Shown one piece after another: positions 39,892-49,023 of a DNA stretch of 64,000 bases (positions are counted from its first letter, which is position 1; the number at the start of each line of letters is the position of its first letter). The stretch lies in IMG/VR virus record IMGVR_UViG_3300046804_003780. One strand, 5' to 3'. Source of the stretch: a virus. The translations under genes were made by a program, and so were the position numbers. The notes beneath the pieces are model-generated. The model saw only the letters and a list, made by a program, of their open reading frames with translations, had not been told where the DNA came from and did not search any database.

Positions 39892-39920
39892 ATTGTATTA
39901 CAGATTTACTAATAATACAA
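39892..39920 (-). promoter_or_regulatory. Sigma70-type promoter within an inverted repeat
   Basis: TTGTAT-N17-TACAAT-N6-ATG; TTGTATTA (39893-39900) and TAATACAA (39913-39920) are inverted repeats. Confidence 0.6.
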
Positions 39921-39921
39921 C

Positions 39922-40248
39922 TTAAATGGTGAAGCTTTCCCCACAACCACAGCGCGCCTTTTCTTTCGGATTTATAAAGTTAAAGCCTTCATTTAATCCC
40001 TCACGCTTCCATTCCATTGTAAGCCCATCTACATAAGGTAAATCTTTATTGTTAACAACTACAATTAAATCAGCTATGTTGTAACTCATGTAACTGCCTT
40101 GTGTAGGAAGGTTATCAACATATTCAAGTTTATATGCTAAACCACTGCATCCAGTAGTTTGGACTCCTATCATTATGCCTAATCCTTTACCACGCTTTTG
40201 AATTTGTTGTTTGACTTTGTTTGCTGCTTTTTCTGTAAGAGTAATCAT
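39922..40248 (-). CDS. iscA: A-type Fe-S cluster carrier IscA/HesB
   Basis: ITLTEKAA, GCSGLAY.LEY, EGLNEGF.F.NP, CGCGESF. Confidence 0.95.
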   Translation of the reverse strand: MITLTEKAANKVKQQIQKRGKGLGIMIGVQTTGCSGLAYKLEYVDNLPTQGSYMSYNIADLIVVVNNKDLPYVDGLTMEWKREGLNEGFNFINPKEKARCGCGESFTI

Positions 40249-40574
40249 CGTTTATCGCTTGCACGTTGAGCCATTTTTGCTACAGTTTTTTCTGCATCAT
40301 CTACGCTCATTGGTTTTTTACCGTCAACCTTTTGACCCTTAAAAATTATTTCATCACCCTTTATATCGTCAATGATGTTGACTAAAGGTTCTTTAGTAAT
40401 CATGTCACGCAAATCGCTTATATCGACACTTATATCATTTGAATTCATAAGTTGAATAAATGCATCTACTGACATCGGTTTATTTGCATGTAGGTATTTG
40501 CCTTTAAGTTGGTCGGCAATAGCGACCAACTTAACACGTAAAGGATCATCACCTACAAATTCAAATAAACGCAT
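40245..40574 (-). CDS. Hypothetical protein (late operon, MRLFE N-terminus)
   Basis: 109-aa ORF coupled to both neighbours. Confidence 0.65.
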   Translation of the reverse strand: MRLFEFVGDDPLRVKLVAIADQLKGKYLHANKPMSVDAFIQLMNSNDISVDISDLRDMITKEPLVNIIDDIKGDEIIFKGQKVDGKKPMSVDDAEKTVAKMAQRASDKR

Positions 40575-40576
40575 TA

Positions 40577-41302
40577 TTATCTTTTACCGCGACCTAATTT
40601 TGGAGAAGGAATTTCTTCACTATCCATTTCATCTTCAGGTTGTGTTGATAATTCTTCTGCATCTTGAGCCATTGCGTCTACTTCTTCACCAGGCATTCCA
40701 CCTGCCATATCTGCACCAGGCATTCCCATACCAGGCATGCCAGCTGCAAATCCAGAACCTTGGCCAGTTACGACATTTAACGCACTCTGTAATCCTGACT
40801 TTGCTTGCGTTAAAGCAGCTTGCAATCCGGTCAATGCTTCAGTAGCCATTGAGTTAAACTGCTCACCTTGATCGCCGCCCATTTCACCGCTTACGCTATC
40901 TACTACGGCTGGAAGTTCTTTAACTAGCATGTCAGAAACATCTTCTATCATTTTCTGAACACTATCCATCATATCTTTGGCTGCAAGAACAACTTGCGCT
41001 TGTTCAATTTCTTCATTTTCTACAACAATTCGACTATTATATTTTGGTTGTGCTTTTAATTCAGAATAGTAGTCTGAAAGGGCTTGCTCCATAAATACAA
41101 GTTTTAGGTATTGAGGATTGTTTTCGCTTGAGTAAACCTTGTCAGTTTCTTTTACTTCGCTAAGTAGATTTTTTACTTTCCCAAGCATATCCCTAGTTTG
41201 CGTAAGACTCAGCTTTTCAACTGGAAGATCCGTGTTAAAGTTCTCTCTTAGAGCCTTTTTGGCCATTGCGTAAGGTTTTTGATTAAATTCTGTAAGTTTC
41301 AT
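40577..41302 (-). CDS. Hypothetical acidic helical protein, possibly scaffold/core-like
   Basis: Start MKLTEF at 41302; helical body, acidic tail, ends LGRGKR; late promoter 41325. Confidence 0.6.
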   Translation of the reverse strand: MKLTEFNQKPYAMAKKALRENFNTDLPVEKLSLTQTRDMLGKVKNLLSEVKETDKVYSSENNPQYLKLVFMEQALSDYYSELKAQPKYNSRIVVENEEIEQAQVVLAAKDMMDSVQKMIEDVSDMLVKELPAVVDSVSGEMGGDQGEQFNSMATEALTGLQAALTQAKSGLQSALNVVTGQGSGFAAGMPGMGMPGADMAGGMPGEEVDAMAQDAEELSTQPEDEMDSEEIPSPKLGRGKR

Positions 41303-41342
41303 AGTAATTCCCAAAGATGTATAGTATTTATCAAGATTCCAA

Positions 41343-41819
41343 TTATTTATAGGAACTTTGATTCAACCAATTTAGTTGATAATTTTTAGCTTTTTGTCCT
41401 AAAACTGATAGTTCTGATATCACTGAGGTTTGTTTCAATTTATTCTCAATTATTTTATTTAGATATATAAACTTTTTGTCTTTTTCTTTAGACTTTTTCA
41501 GATATCTTTCACATAAATTTATAGAAATGTCTAATCCGTTCAATTGATTATCTAGGAACTTAACACGGTCTGCTTCAACAATTTTATTTTTGTTGTCTAA
41601 CGTACACCAAGTCAAAGCGTACTTTAGGGTACAAAAAGCATTTATTTGGTCATTGTACAATTGTATTACTTGATACCCTTTTACCGTTTTCTTAATAATA
41701 TATTTCTCAAAAACTCTATATCCGTCTTTTTCTTGGATTATAACAAATTTTTTGATATTATTTACTGTAGCAGGATCTATTATTTTTTGAATAGATTTTA
41801 AAAATTCTTTATCAGTCAT
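41343..41819 (-). CDS. Hypothetical basic protein
   Basis: Lys-rich ORF; ATG 41819 overlaps the end of the upstream gene. Confidence 0.55.
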   Translation of the reverse strand: MTDKEFLKSIQKIIDPATVNNIKKFVIIQEKDGYRVFEKYIIKKTVKGYQVIQLYNDQINAFCTLKYALTWCTLDNKNKIVEADRVKFLDNQLNGLDISINLCERYLKKSKEKDKKFIYLNKIIENKLKQTSVISELSVLGQKAKNYQLNWLNQSSYK

Positions 41820-42261
41820 AGGATAAAATTTCAAAATATATATTACGTAGTTCGGGACTAATATCTAAACTTGTAGGTATATTATGGGGACTTTTCCCAG
41901 TTTTGATCATAGGTACGTCCTCACAGTCATTGTATAGAGCACCTAAATCATCTTTTCCGTCTGAGAATACGCTAGCATAATTGACTATAAAATCAAAATA
42001 CCAATAATTTTGAGTTTCAGTAAAATCATATAAAAATCCAAATTTATCAATATTCTTGTCATCACTGTTTAGAAAAGGTTCTGTGACGTTTTCAGGCTGA
42101 GCCCTTAATGAAATAACTTGTATTATTGTGTCTAAATTACACTGTGTGCTTCTTTTATTTTGCCACTCTAAAGCTTCCTCAACTGAAGCGTCTAGTAACT
42201 TTTTCTTATTTGTTACATTAGTTTTTGTAATATCAAACAAGCTATAACATCTTATTCTCAT
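41812..42261 (-). CDS. Hypothetical protein
   Basis: 149-aa ORF; TATAAATA-N5-ATG. Confidence 0.65.
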   Translation of the reverse strand: MRIRCYSLFDITKTNVTNKKKLLDASVEEALEWQNKRSTQCNLDTIIQVISLRAQPENVTEPFLNSDDKNIDKFGFLYDFTETQNYWYFDFIVNYASVFSDGKDDLGALYNDCEDVPMIKTGKSPHNIPTSLDISPELRNIYFEILSYD

Positions 42262-42279
42262 AAAGTTATTTATAGAGGT

Positions 42280-42308
42280 AAAAAAACCCGAGAAATTCTC
42301 GGGTTTTT
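42280..42308 (-). terminator. Rho-independent terminator
   Basis: AAAAACCCGAGA-ATT-TCTCGGGTTTTTTT on the minus strand. Confidence 0.88.
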
Positions 42309-42323
42309 AAAACTAAAATTTAT

Positions 42324-42695
42324 TTAGTTTGTGAATGTTGCTGATGAAGCTACAGACACGTTTGCGCTTGACCAAGCATTTGACAATTCATTGTCAAGTG
42401 TTGTGGTTGTCCATGCGCTAACTGGATAAACAGCGATTGCTAATGTATCGTCGGTTGCGTTTGTATATTCATACATATGAATAGTTGCCAATTGCTGTAC
42501 TGTTTGAAAAACAGTTGCAATGTTGTCTAGAACTTGTGATCCGTTACCTGTGATGGTAAAGAACTCAAGCTTTGGACCTTGTGGTTGTACTGTTACTGCT
42601 GAAGTGATTGCGTTCAATGAACCTACAGCATAGTTAGCTGCATCATAATTCATTACTGGTTGAAAATCACCGTGTACTTTTGTAAATTGTGCCAT
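42324..42695 (-). CDS. Small virion protein, possibly capsid decoration
   Basis: 123 aa, A/T/V/N-rich; monocistronic with its own late promoter, AAGGA RBS and terminator. Confidence 0.5.
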   Translation of the reverse strand: MAQFTKVHGDFQPVMNYDAANYAVGSLNAITSAVTVQPQGPKLEFFTITGNGSQVLDNIATVFQTVQQLATIHMYEYTNATDDTLAIAVYPVSAWTTTTLDNELSNAWSSANVSVASSATFTN

Positions 42696-42769
42696 GATAT
42701 CTATTCCTTATAAAATGTGAGCGCAAAGGCTCTACTTTTATTTATTCCATATATTAGAAAATGGATACC

Positions 42770-43534
42770 TTATACTTGTTTTGGTGAGAGTTTTTGAAGA
42801 TAAGCTAATGCTTCCTTCTTTTCTTCTTGGTCCAATTGTTGAAATTTAGCAATTATATTGTTAACTTCGTCACTGATTGGTTCGGGTTCTGCAGCAGGTG
42901 GTTGAGATTTTGCTTTTTGTGCTGCTGCTAGATCGTACAGCATATCTCCTAACTTTCTAAGGGCAGGTACTCCAGCATTTTGCTTGTATGTCATTTCGAC
43001 CATTTTAGCAAGATCCGTGATTTGTTTCATATTACTGGATATATCAACTCCTTGCATATATTGTTGTACTACTTTCACAATATAATCTGCCATAGTAAGT
43101 TTTTTGACTTGGGGAGGCTGTGGAGGAGGGGCAGGAGCTTCACTTAAAATTTCAGCTAGCATTCTATCAAAGTGCCTAGACTCGCTTTGGATAGCTCCTG
43201 GTAAGGGCGTTTGGGCTGCTACTCTTTCAGCTTCTTTAGCTGCAGGATTCGCACCAAATTGAAAATTCTTATTTTTAGCTTGCATTTGTTGTTGAATATA
43301 TTCCGCGTCACGTTGTAGTTCGTTTTGACGTTGTTCAACTTCTGGCCACAATCCCTGTAAAACTCCGATCATTTTTCGAACAAAGATATTTCTAAAATTT
43401 GTTTTTGCTAACACATTTTGCGAATATCTTCTACTACTTTGACTTCCCATATTAGACATGGAGGGTTGGACTTCGCCCTTAACCAAATCTGTGACTGCTT
43501 CACTTAGTGTGTTGTCTACTTCGAGTAATTTCAT
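42770..43534 (-). CDS. Hypothetical protein (MKLLE N-terminus, Q/P-rich)
   Basis: 254-aa ORF in late operon, with internal LSE/IQSE motifs. Confidence 0.6.
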   Translation of the reverse strand: MKLLEVDNTLSEAVTDLVKGEVQPSMSNMGSQSSRRYSQNVLAKTNFRNIFVRKMIGVLQGLWPEVEQRQNELQRDAEYIQQQMQAKNKNFQFGANPAAKEAERVAAQTPLPGAIQSESRHFDRMLAEILSEAPAPPPQPPQVKKLTMADYIVKVVQQYMQGVDISSNMKQITDLAKMVEMTYKQNAGVPALRKLGDMLYDLAAAQKAKSQPPAAEPEPISDEVNNIIAKFQQLDQEEKKEALAYLQKLSPKQV

Positions 43535-43764
43535 TTTCTAATAGATTTTGTGAACCGTTCAGAATCTTTGTTCTTAATCGCTGTAAGCAATTTTTTCTCT
43601 AAAATCGCTGCTTTTTCAGAATCGTAATGTTTATTAATTAGTTCAACTAGATTAATGGCACTAGTAATGATATTATGGGCACGACTCTCAATAATGTGTT
43701 TAGTATCACGATTATTTCCCAATGCTTCTAATTCTTCTAATAAACTGCGGGTTTTGCGTTCCAT
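43531..43764 (-). CDS. Small hypothetical helical protein
   Basis: 77-aa ORF after late promoter 43784. Confidence 0.65.
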   Translation of the reverse strand: MERKTRSLLEELEALGNNRDTKHIIESRAHNIITSAINLVELINKHYDSEKAAILEKKLLTAIKNKDSERFTKSIRK

Positions 43765-43789
43765 AATAGTAAGTTCCTAAATATATTTA

Positions 43790-45214
43790 TCACTTTTTGA
43801 GGCTGTTAAGCATAGCTTTTAATTTAGCACTCTGTATATCTGCGTTTATTTTAGGAATATCTTGCACAGAATCCTGTAATTCGCTGTTATGCGTTGGGGA
43901 CACATTGCTTGAGGGTTTTAGTCTGGACATGATGTCATTAGGACTAGGTTGTGGATTGTTAAACTTTGTACCAGCAGACTGTCCATCTTCTCCCGAATCT
44001 GTGATTCTTAATGTTTCCACATTGAACTCTAAATCTATCTTAGTGCCTACCCCTGAACTGCTACGTGTTTTCATAAGTTGAATTTGATACTGCCCGCGTT
44101 CACGCATACTGCGGCTTGTAAAAATACCAAACACATTATCTGCTGTATTAATCTTACTGATGCCGCCTGAAATGTGACTATGATCAAACTCAATTTCTTC
44201 TACCGCACTGCGATTTAATTGACTAGCTGTAACTAGCAGCACATTCAATTCTTTAGACAAATTACGCAATTCTTCCGACACATACTTGTCCTTAATGAAC
44301 AAGTCTGATGGGCTGACCTTTGCGCTGACAGGCATAAGAAGATCAAGATAGTCGATGCAAAGAAAATCAATCTTTGCTCCAGTCTTAATCTCATATTCCT
44401 TACAATATGCCCGTAAGTCATTTACTGTACTCTGTGCTGGCAAATACTTAATTTGTAATTTACCAGCTTTCTTTGCCAACATCTTGACTTTCATTTCAAT
44501 GTCATCAATGCTTTTAAAAATATCACGGCTGCTAGTTTCTGTCATCATACTGTCTATACGCATTGAACATAAGCCTTCGCTAAGTTCCAATGATACATAG
44601 ATACCAGTTAATCCTGCTTGACTCCAGTTCACTGCAAGATTTTGCATAAACAAACTCTTACCTGAACCTGAACCCCCTGCAAAGATTTGTAATTCACCTC
44701 GATTAAACCCACCATATAGTTTGCTATCGACTGTAGCCCAACCTGTACTAATTTGTCCGTTATTGTTTTTTAATGCCATTAATCTTGAACGTGGATCAGC
44801 GAAATAATCAGTACCCATATCTTTTGTTATGCTGATTTGAACCGCATCCTTTATTAATTTTTCTACAGGATCATATTGACCTTTTTCTAATAAATCTGCT
44901 GATTTAAGTATTGCTCTTTCTAATTCTTGTCTACGTGTGAATTTTTCAAACTCGTCCAGAAACCATTCAAAGTGGCCTTGACTCAATTCGGGTATTGCTT
45001 GAATTTCAATTCCGCAAATAGCTAATACTTGGTCTTGTTCAGGTAATACATTATATTTTTCAGAATGCTCTTGAAAAAATTTAGCGACTGGTCTCAATGA
45101 TTTATCAAAGTTTTCTGCATTCATGATGTTAGATACTCTAGTATATAATTCACCATTCGTAATCATCATGCGCAAAAAAAGTTTTTGTACATCTATATTA
45201 TAATCAGTTACCAA
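43790..45214 (-). CDS. Replicative DnaB-like helicase (gp41-like)
   Basis: STGW..VD..LYGG, GGSGSGKS, SLELSE, IDYLDL, TASQLNR, KTRSS; TTG start. Confidence 0.95.
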   Translation of the reverse strand: MVTDYNIDVQKLFLRMMITNGELYTRVSNIMNAENFDKSLRPVAKFFQEHSEKYNVLPEQDQVLAICGIEIQAIPELSQGHFEWFLDEFEKFTRRQELERAILKSADLLEKGQYDPVEKLIKDAVQISITKDMGTDYFADPRSRLMALKNNNGQISTGWATVDSKLYGGFNRGELQIFAGGSGSGKSLFMQNLAVNWSQAGLTGIYVSLELSEGLCSMRIDSMMTETSSRDIFKSIDDIEMKVKMLAKKAGKLQIKYLPAQSTVNDLRAYCKEYEIKTGAKIDFLCIDYLDLLMPVSAKVSPSDLFIKDKYVSEELRNLSKELNVLLVTASQLNRSAVEEIEFDHSHISGGISKINTADNVFGIFTSRSMRERGQYQIQLMKTRSSSGVGTKIDLEFNVETLRITDSGEDGQSAGTKFNNPQPSPNDIMSRLKPSSNVSPTHNSELQDSVQDIPKINADIQSAKLKAMLNSLKK

Positions 45215-46169
45215 TTCTCTTCCTCATCATTTCTATTTTTATTTTACTTGTTGTTGCACTTTGTATTATACTTAACAGTGTAGCTAATTTGCCATATTTT
45301 ATTACTGCGTCATTAACATCTTTTACGTCCGGGTCCCAATCGGGCAGACTCACTTTAAAGCCTACTTCCAATGCTCTGTCACATGTTTCAAGTCCGGTTT
45401 TATCTCTATCTGGAACAAATATTATTTCTCTGTTTAGTTGTTTTAAAAAACGAACTTGGTCATCATTAATTGTATTATGTGTCAGTGCTAGCCCATTTAT
45501 ACTTAATGCGTCAAAAATGCCTTCCATTAATAATGCTACTTGCCAGTTTGGTTTTTGTTCGTCGTATCCAAAAACATAACCTGGCTGTTGATCATTAATA
45601 TACTTAGGGGCTCTGTCATCTAAAAATCTACTTGTATGTCCCACTATTTCATTATTGTACAGATATGGAATTATAATCCTGTTAGCGTTTCTTCCTTCAT
45701 CATTTGGCGCTACATAAAAGTTATAATGCTTATGATTCACTTTTCTTGTTTGTAAATAATCAATATATTTTTTATGAATTGGATCCGTGTCATCTAAAAG
45801 TACGCAGTCAGGAAGTTTTTTTTGTTTGAAAATTAATGGTTTTTCTTTAACAAACTTTTTACTAAAATCTAAAATATCCTTATTCTGCAGACTTTCAATA
45901 TTCCAACGTTGTATTTGAGTTTCATCAATTCCGCACCAACTTAATAATTCTCTAGTTCGTTTTGTGATACTTCTGCCTAACTCATAATGGCAACTGAATG
46001 AACAATTAAAACAATTATATGTCCAATTATTACCGTCAAATTTGATTCCGCCTCTATGTCGCTTATCGGGCTTATGCCCACGTTTGTCGCAGCATACCGC
46101 ATTAAAACTATACCAGCCGCTTTGGGTTAATTTTTTTTTGTTTGGAATAACAGTTAGGATATCAAACAT
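45204..46169 (-). CDS. DNA primase (gp61-like)
   Basis: N-terminal Zn-binding Cys (CC...YNCFNC), RIIIP, TOPRIM EGIFDA and PDRDKTG, KDVND. Confidence 0.92.
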   Translation of the reverse strand: MFDILTVIPNKKKLTQSGWYSFNAVCCDKRGHKPDKRHRGGIKFDGNNWTYNCFNCSFSCHYELGRSITKRTRELLSWCGIDETQIQRWNIESLQNKDILDFSKKFVKEKPLIFKQKKLPDCVLLDDTDPIHKKYIDYLQTRKVNHKHYNFYVAPNDEGRNANRIIIPYLYNNEIVGHTSRFLDDRAPKYINDQQPGYVFGYDEQKPNWQVALLMEGIFDALSINGLALTHNTINDDQVRFLKQLNREIIFVPDRDKTGLETCDRALEVGFKVSLPDWDPDVKDVNDAVIKYGKLATLLSIIQSATTSKIKIEMMRKRIGN

Positions 46170-46217
46170 ACTAAGATTATAGTATATTATGCATCAAAAA
46201 TATATATAATTGGTATA

Positions 46218-46964
46218 TTATCTTGCCAAAATATGTGCAACAGTTCCGCCAGTTGATGTGAATTGAAGTTGGATATATGGATGAAATCCTGTTACTGTCG
46301 TTCCTAACGTGTTAGTTTCAGCCACAAAATTTCCCAATGATTCAATTGTGTACCAATCTGCATCAACTGTAGTTGATCCTAGTATATTGATATTACCAGA
46401 ATAATTACTTAAAGATGTTTGTAGAGTAATTTTACTCGCACCATTTAATCCTAATACGCTGCTGTAGTATGTAGTTCCTGAATTAGATATTTCCCCATGG
46501 CTTGGTATAGTAACACGTGTGCTAGGCACATGTTTAGGAAGAATGCCGTCCATTATTTGACACACACCCCTTGCATCTGCTTCGCTATTAGTAAAGATGG
46601 GTAAAGTTAAATTACCATCTACTATATCTAAACTGAAGCTTCCTATTTGGGCATCAATTTCCATTAACTCAGCCTGCGTCACTGTTAAGTTTGCAAGACC
46701 CTTAAGGGGTAACGTTGGATTAACTGTTTTTTGTATATCAACACTAGTTCCATCTGAGTTTATAAATCTAAATGTAATTTGTTTTCCTGTCAAATCGATT
46801 GATTTTTGCTCCTGATTTAGGAATTGAAATTGTATTTTATTATCTACCCCTTTATTTAGGGTCAAGTTTTTTGAGTACACGATTTGATATCTCCTAGGTG
46901 AATCACCCTCAAATAGGACGACTTGATATTTTGGTGTATATTGATAAACGTTTGTTGAGTACAC
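46218..46964 (-). CDS. Virion protein with Ig-like (BppU-type) N-terminal domain
   Basis: KGVDNKIQFQFLNQEQKSIDLTG..I.F pattern; GTG start, AAGGA RBS, late promoter 46982. Confidence 0.5.
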   Translation of the reverse strand: MYSTNVYQYTPKYQVVLFEGDSPRRYQIVYSKNLTLNKGVDNKIQFQFLNQEQKSIDLTGKQITFRFINSDGTSVDIQKTVNPTLPLKGLANLTVTQAELMEIDAQIGSFSLDIVDGNLTLPIFTNSEADARGVCQIMDGILPKHVPSTRVTIPSHGEISNSGTTYYSSVLGLNGASKITLQTSLSNYSGNINILGSTTVDADWYTIESLGNFVAETNTLGTTVTGFHPYIQLQFTSTGGTVAHILAR

Positions 46965-47062
46965 TTTTCAGTCCTTTTGTTTATTTATTCAACTAAATAT
47001 GCTATACGTTTAATAAATATTTTGGTCATAATAAACGATAAATAATCCAAGATTGTAAGAAA

Positions 47063-47440
47063 ATGCACAACGACTTTTTTAAAAAATTATCAGAAAATCA
47101 TCCTTTTATAACAGTTTGTTCCTATTCAGGTCAAGACTACGTAGGTATAATACAAAACCGTGATGATATTGTTACAACTATATATGATTACGGTTCCATA
47201 GTACAAAATGAAATGCGTGAGCGTTTTTTAGAACTTGGGGAAATTTGGTGGTGGGAAAGTAACCGACTTATACCAATCAATATGTTTCTTAGAGAAGAAT
47301 GGGCACCATTTAAAGCTTTTTTAAGGACATTTAATAATAAAAGTTTAGATATTATTCATGGCCCAGTTTGTAGTATGAGTGATTTACATAAGAAAAAAAG
47401 CAAACGTAGGAGCATCACTTTAGTCCAACGTATGCCTTAA
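47063..47440 (+). CDS. Hypothetical protein (WWWESNR motif)
   Basis: 125-aa ORF with late promoter 47038; converges on and overlaps the mini-DnaE gene. Confidence 0.7.
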   Translation: MHNDFFKKLSENHPFITVCSYSGQDYVGIIQNRDDIVTTIYDYGSIVQNEMRERFLELGEIWWWESNRLIPINMFLREEWAPFKAFLRTFNNKSLDIIHGPVCSMSDLHKKKSKRRSITLVQRMP

Positions 47441-47998
47441 ACGTTCAAGATAGTTCATATGTACAACCACTAAATGTGCATATGCAACACTATGACTTTT
47501 CTTAAAGCTATATCCATCTTCAGTTTTATCCCATACCGTCTTTGATACTTCACTCCAAGGTTTTCCTAATAAATGTTTTTTTGCTGGACGTATACATGCT
47601 AAAAACATCGCTAGTCTAGGAATACTATCTACAGGTTCTGGCATTTTTTGTAAATTATTATAATGGTTTCCTAAATGAACTAACTGTTCGACAAATTCCT
47701 TATCTTTTAATAAATCCCAATTAGGAATGTTCATTAAGTTTAATAACTCTTGTTCGGTTTTGATTTCATTATATACGTGAACATTTAGTAAATCTAGTTT
47801 TAGATATCCTCTTTCCTCAGCCTCAACGTAGTCAATATTAGCCATATCATGAAGTGCATCATATGGTATTTCTGTCACGTATACTCCCGTATTGTGTTTA
47901 CGCATTGGACTTACATTTCTCATAGCTGCAGGAATGTGTTTAATATGTTGAAGTATCAAATCACGATTACCAAAGTCTATGTCAATATCAAAGTTCAT
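47420..47998 (-). CDS. Miniature DnaE-like (family C) polymerase palm/fingers fragment
   Basis: FDIDIDF..RD, KHNTGVY, GYLKLDLL, LACIRPAK, GYSFKKSHSVAY are colinear with E. coli DnaE PDFDVDF, KHAGGV, GLVKFDFL, VALFRPGP, GYGFNKSHSAAY. Confidence 0.85.
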   Translation of the reverse strand: MNFDIDIDFGNRDLILQHIKHIPAAMRNVSPMRKHNTGVYVTEIPYDALHDMANIDYVEAEERGYLKLDLLNVHVYNEIKTEQELLNLMNIPNWDLLKDKEFVEQLVHLGNHYNNLQKMPEPVDSIPRLAMFLACIRPAKKHLLGKPWSEVSKTVWDKTEDGYSFKKSHSVAYAHLVVVHMNYLERLRHTLD

Positions 47999-48561
47999 TT
48001 AAGTGCAAAACCCTTGTCCATTAATTTTTTATATGCATCTTGTACAACCATTGCTTGGTGTGCTGCATCTTCTACCGCTTTGTGTGTAGTCTTTGTACTA
48101 TATTTTTTATCTTTCAAACTAACACCAGCAATTTCAAATAATGTTCTTGTGTCACGCACTGTATAAAAAGGCCAAGGAATGGGATTAGGTCTTTCAGTCA
48201 ATGTTTGACGCATAGCCGTTTCCATTACTACTACATCAAATGGTGCACCATGACTCCATACTGCTTGTCGATTCCAACAAAATTTATAAAGTTTCTCCAT
48301 ACAATCTTTCAATGGCTCTCTATCATTGTCACCCATAGCCTCTTCTAGTGCTGCAGGATTTTGTGTACTCCACCAACGGATGGTATCATCATTGATAACA
48401 CGATTGTAAATTTCTGTTTGATCTTCAAGAGTAGGTCTTAGTTCTAATTTTTCAACAATACCATCGCCTCTTGGATCAAATCTTACTGCACCAATTGTAA
48501 GTATAACACAGTAAGGGCTTGTGTCAAGGCTTTCAATATCAATCATGATATGATTAGCCAT
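47995..48561 (-). CDS. DEDDh 3'-5' exonuclease (Rv2179c/ExoVIII-N-like)
   Basis: HIMIDIESL, TIGAV.F, VWSHGAPFD, RDTRT, HKAVEDA..Q. Confidence 0.88.
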   Translation of the reverse strand: MANHIMIDIESLDTSPYCVILTIGAVRFDPRGDGIVEKLELRPTLEDQTEIYNRVINDDTIRWWSTQNPAALEEAMGDNDREPLKDCMEKLYKFCWNRQAVWSHGAPFDVVVMETAMRQTLTERPNPIPWPFYTVRDTRTLFEIAGVSLKDKKYSTKTTHKAVEDAAHQAMVVQDAYKKLMDKGFALK

Positions 48562-48838
48562 AAAAATCTTTCTTCAATATATTAACAACATCTGCATATT
48601 CTGAATCTTTCTTTTGTTTTTGCCAACGATGCAACCAAGGCGTGTTATCACATTCAATGATATGTTTAATTACTTCAGTGCGGCTACTAGATTCAATTGC
48701 TTCATGCAATGAAAAACACATTACAGGATTACCCCAATGATATACTACAATAGCCATTGGGTCGGTTGGATGCATGTTCCAAAGAAATTCTTGATTATGA
48801 TGATCGTCTAATTTCGATAAATCTTTTAAATAACTCAT
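48554..48838 (-). CDS. Hypothetical protein
   Basis: 94-aa ORF overlapping both neighbours. Confidence 0.55.
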   Translation of the reverse strand: MSYLKDLSKLDDHHNQEFLWNMHPTDPMAIVVYHWGNPVMCFSLHEAIESSSRTEVIKHIIECDNTPWLHRWQKQKKDSEYADVVNILKKDFYG

Positions 48839-49023
48839 TTATTTGCAGGTTTCGTTTTGATAAGACAAAGTACAGTATGATCTTTTTGCTTTAACCATTC
48901 TTCTCTTGCTTTCATACATTCTTCAAGTGTTGGATATTCTTTATTGTAAACAAATTGAATTTTGGGTGGCGGGTCTGCCCATAATTGAACACTTAAAATC
49001 CAAGTTACGATAATTTCATTCAT
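48835..49023 (-). CDS. Small putative exported two-Cys protein
   Basis: Hydrophobic N-terminus, then DPP.K....KEYPTLEEC...C. Confidence 0.55.
   Translation of the reverse strand: MNEIIVTWILSVQLWADPPPKIQFVYNKEYPTLEECMKAREEWLKQKDHTVLCLIKTKPANK

Noticed and set aside
47420-47998. Mini-DnaE as a pseudogene
   Set aside because: Open frame, translational coupling and selective retention of all catalytic motifs argue for function
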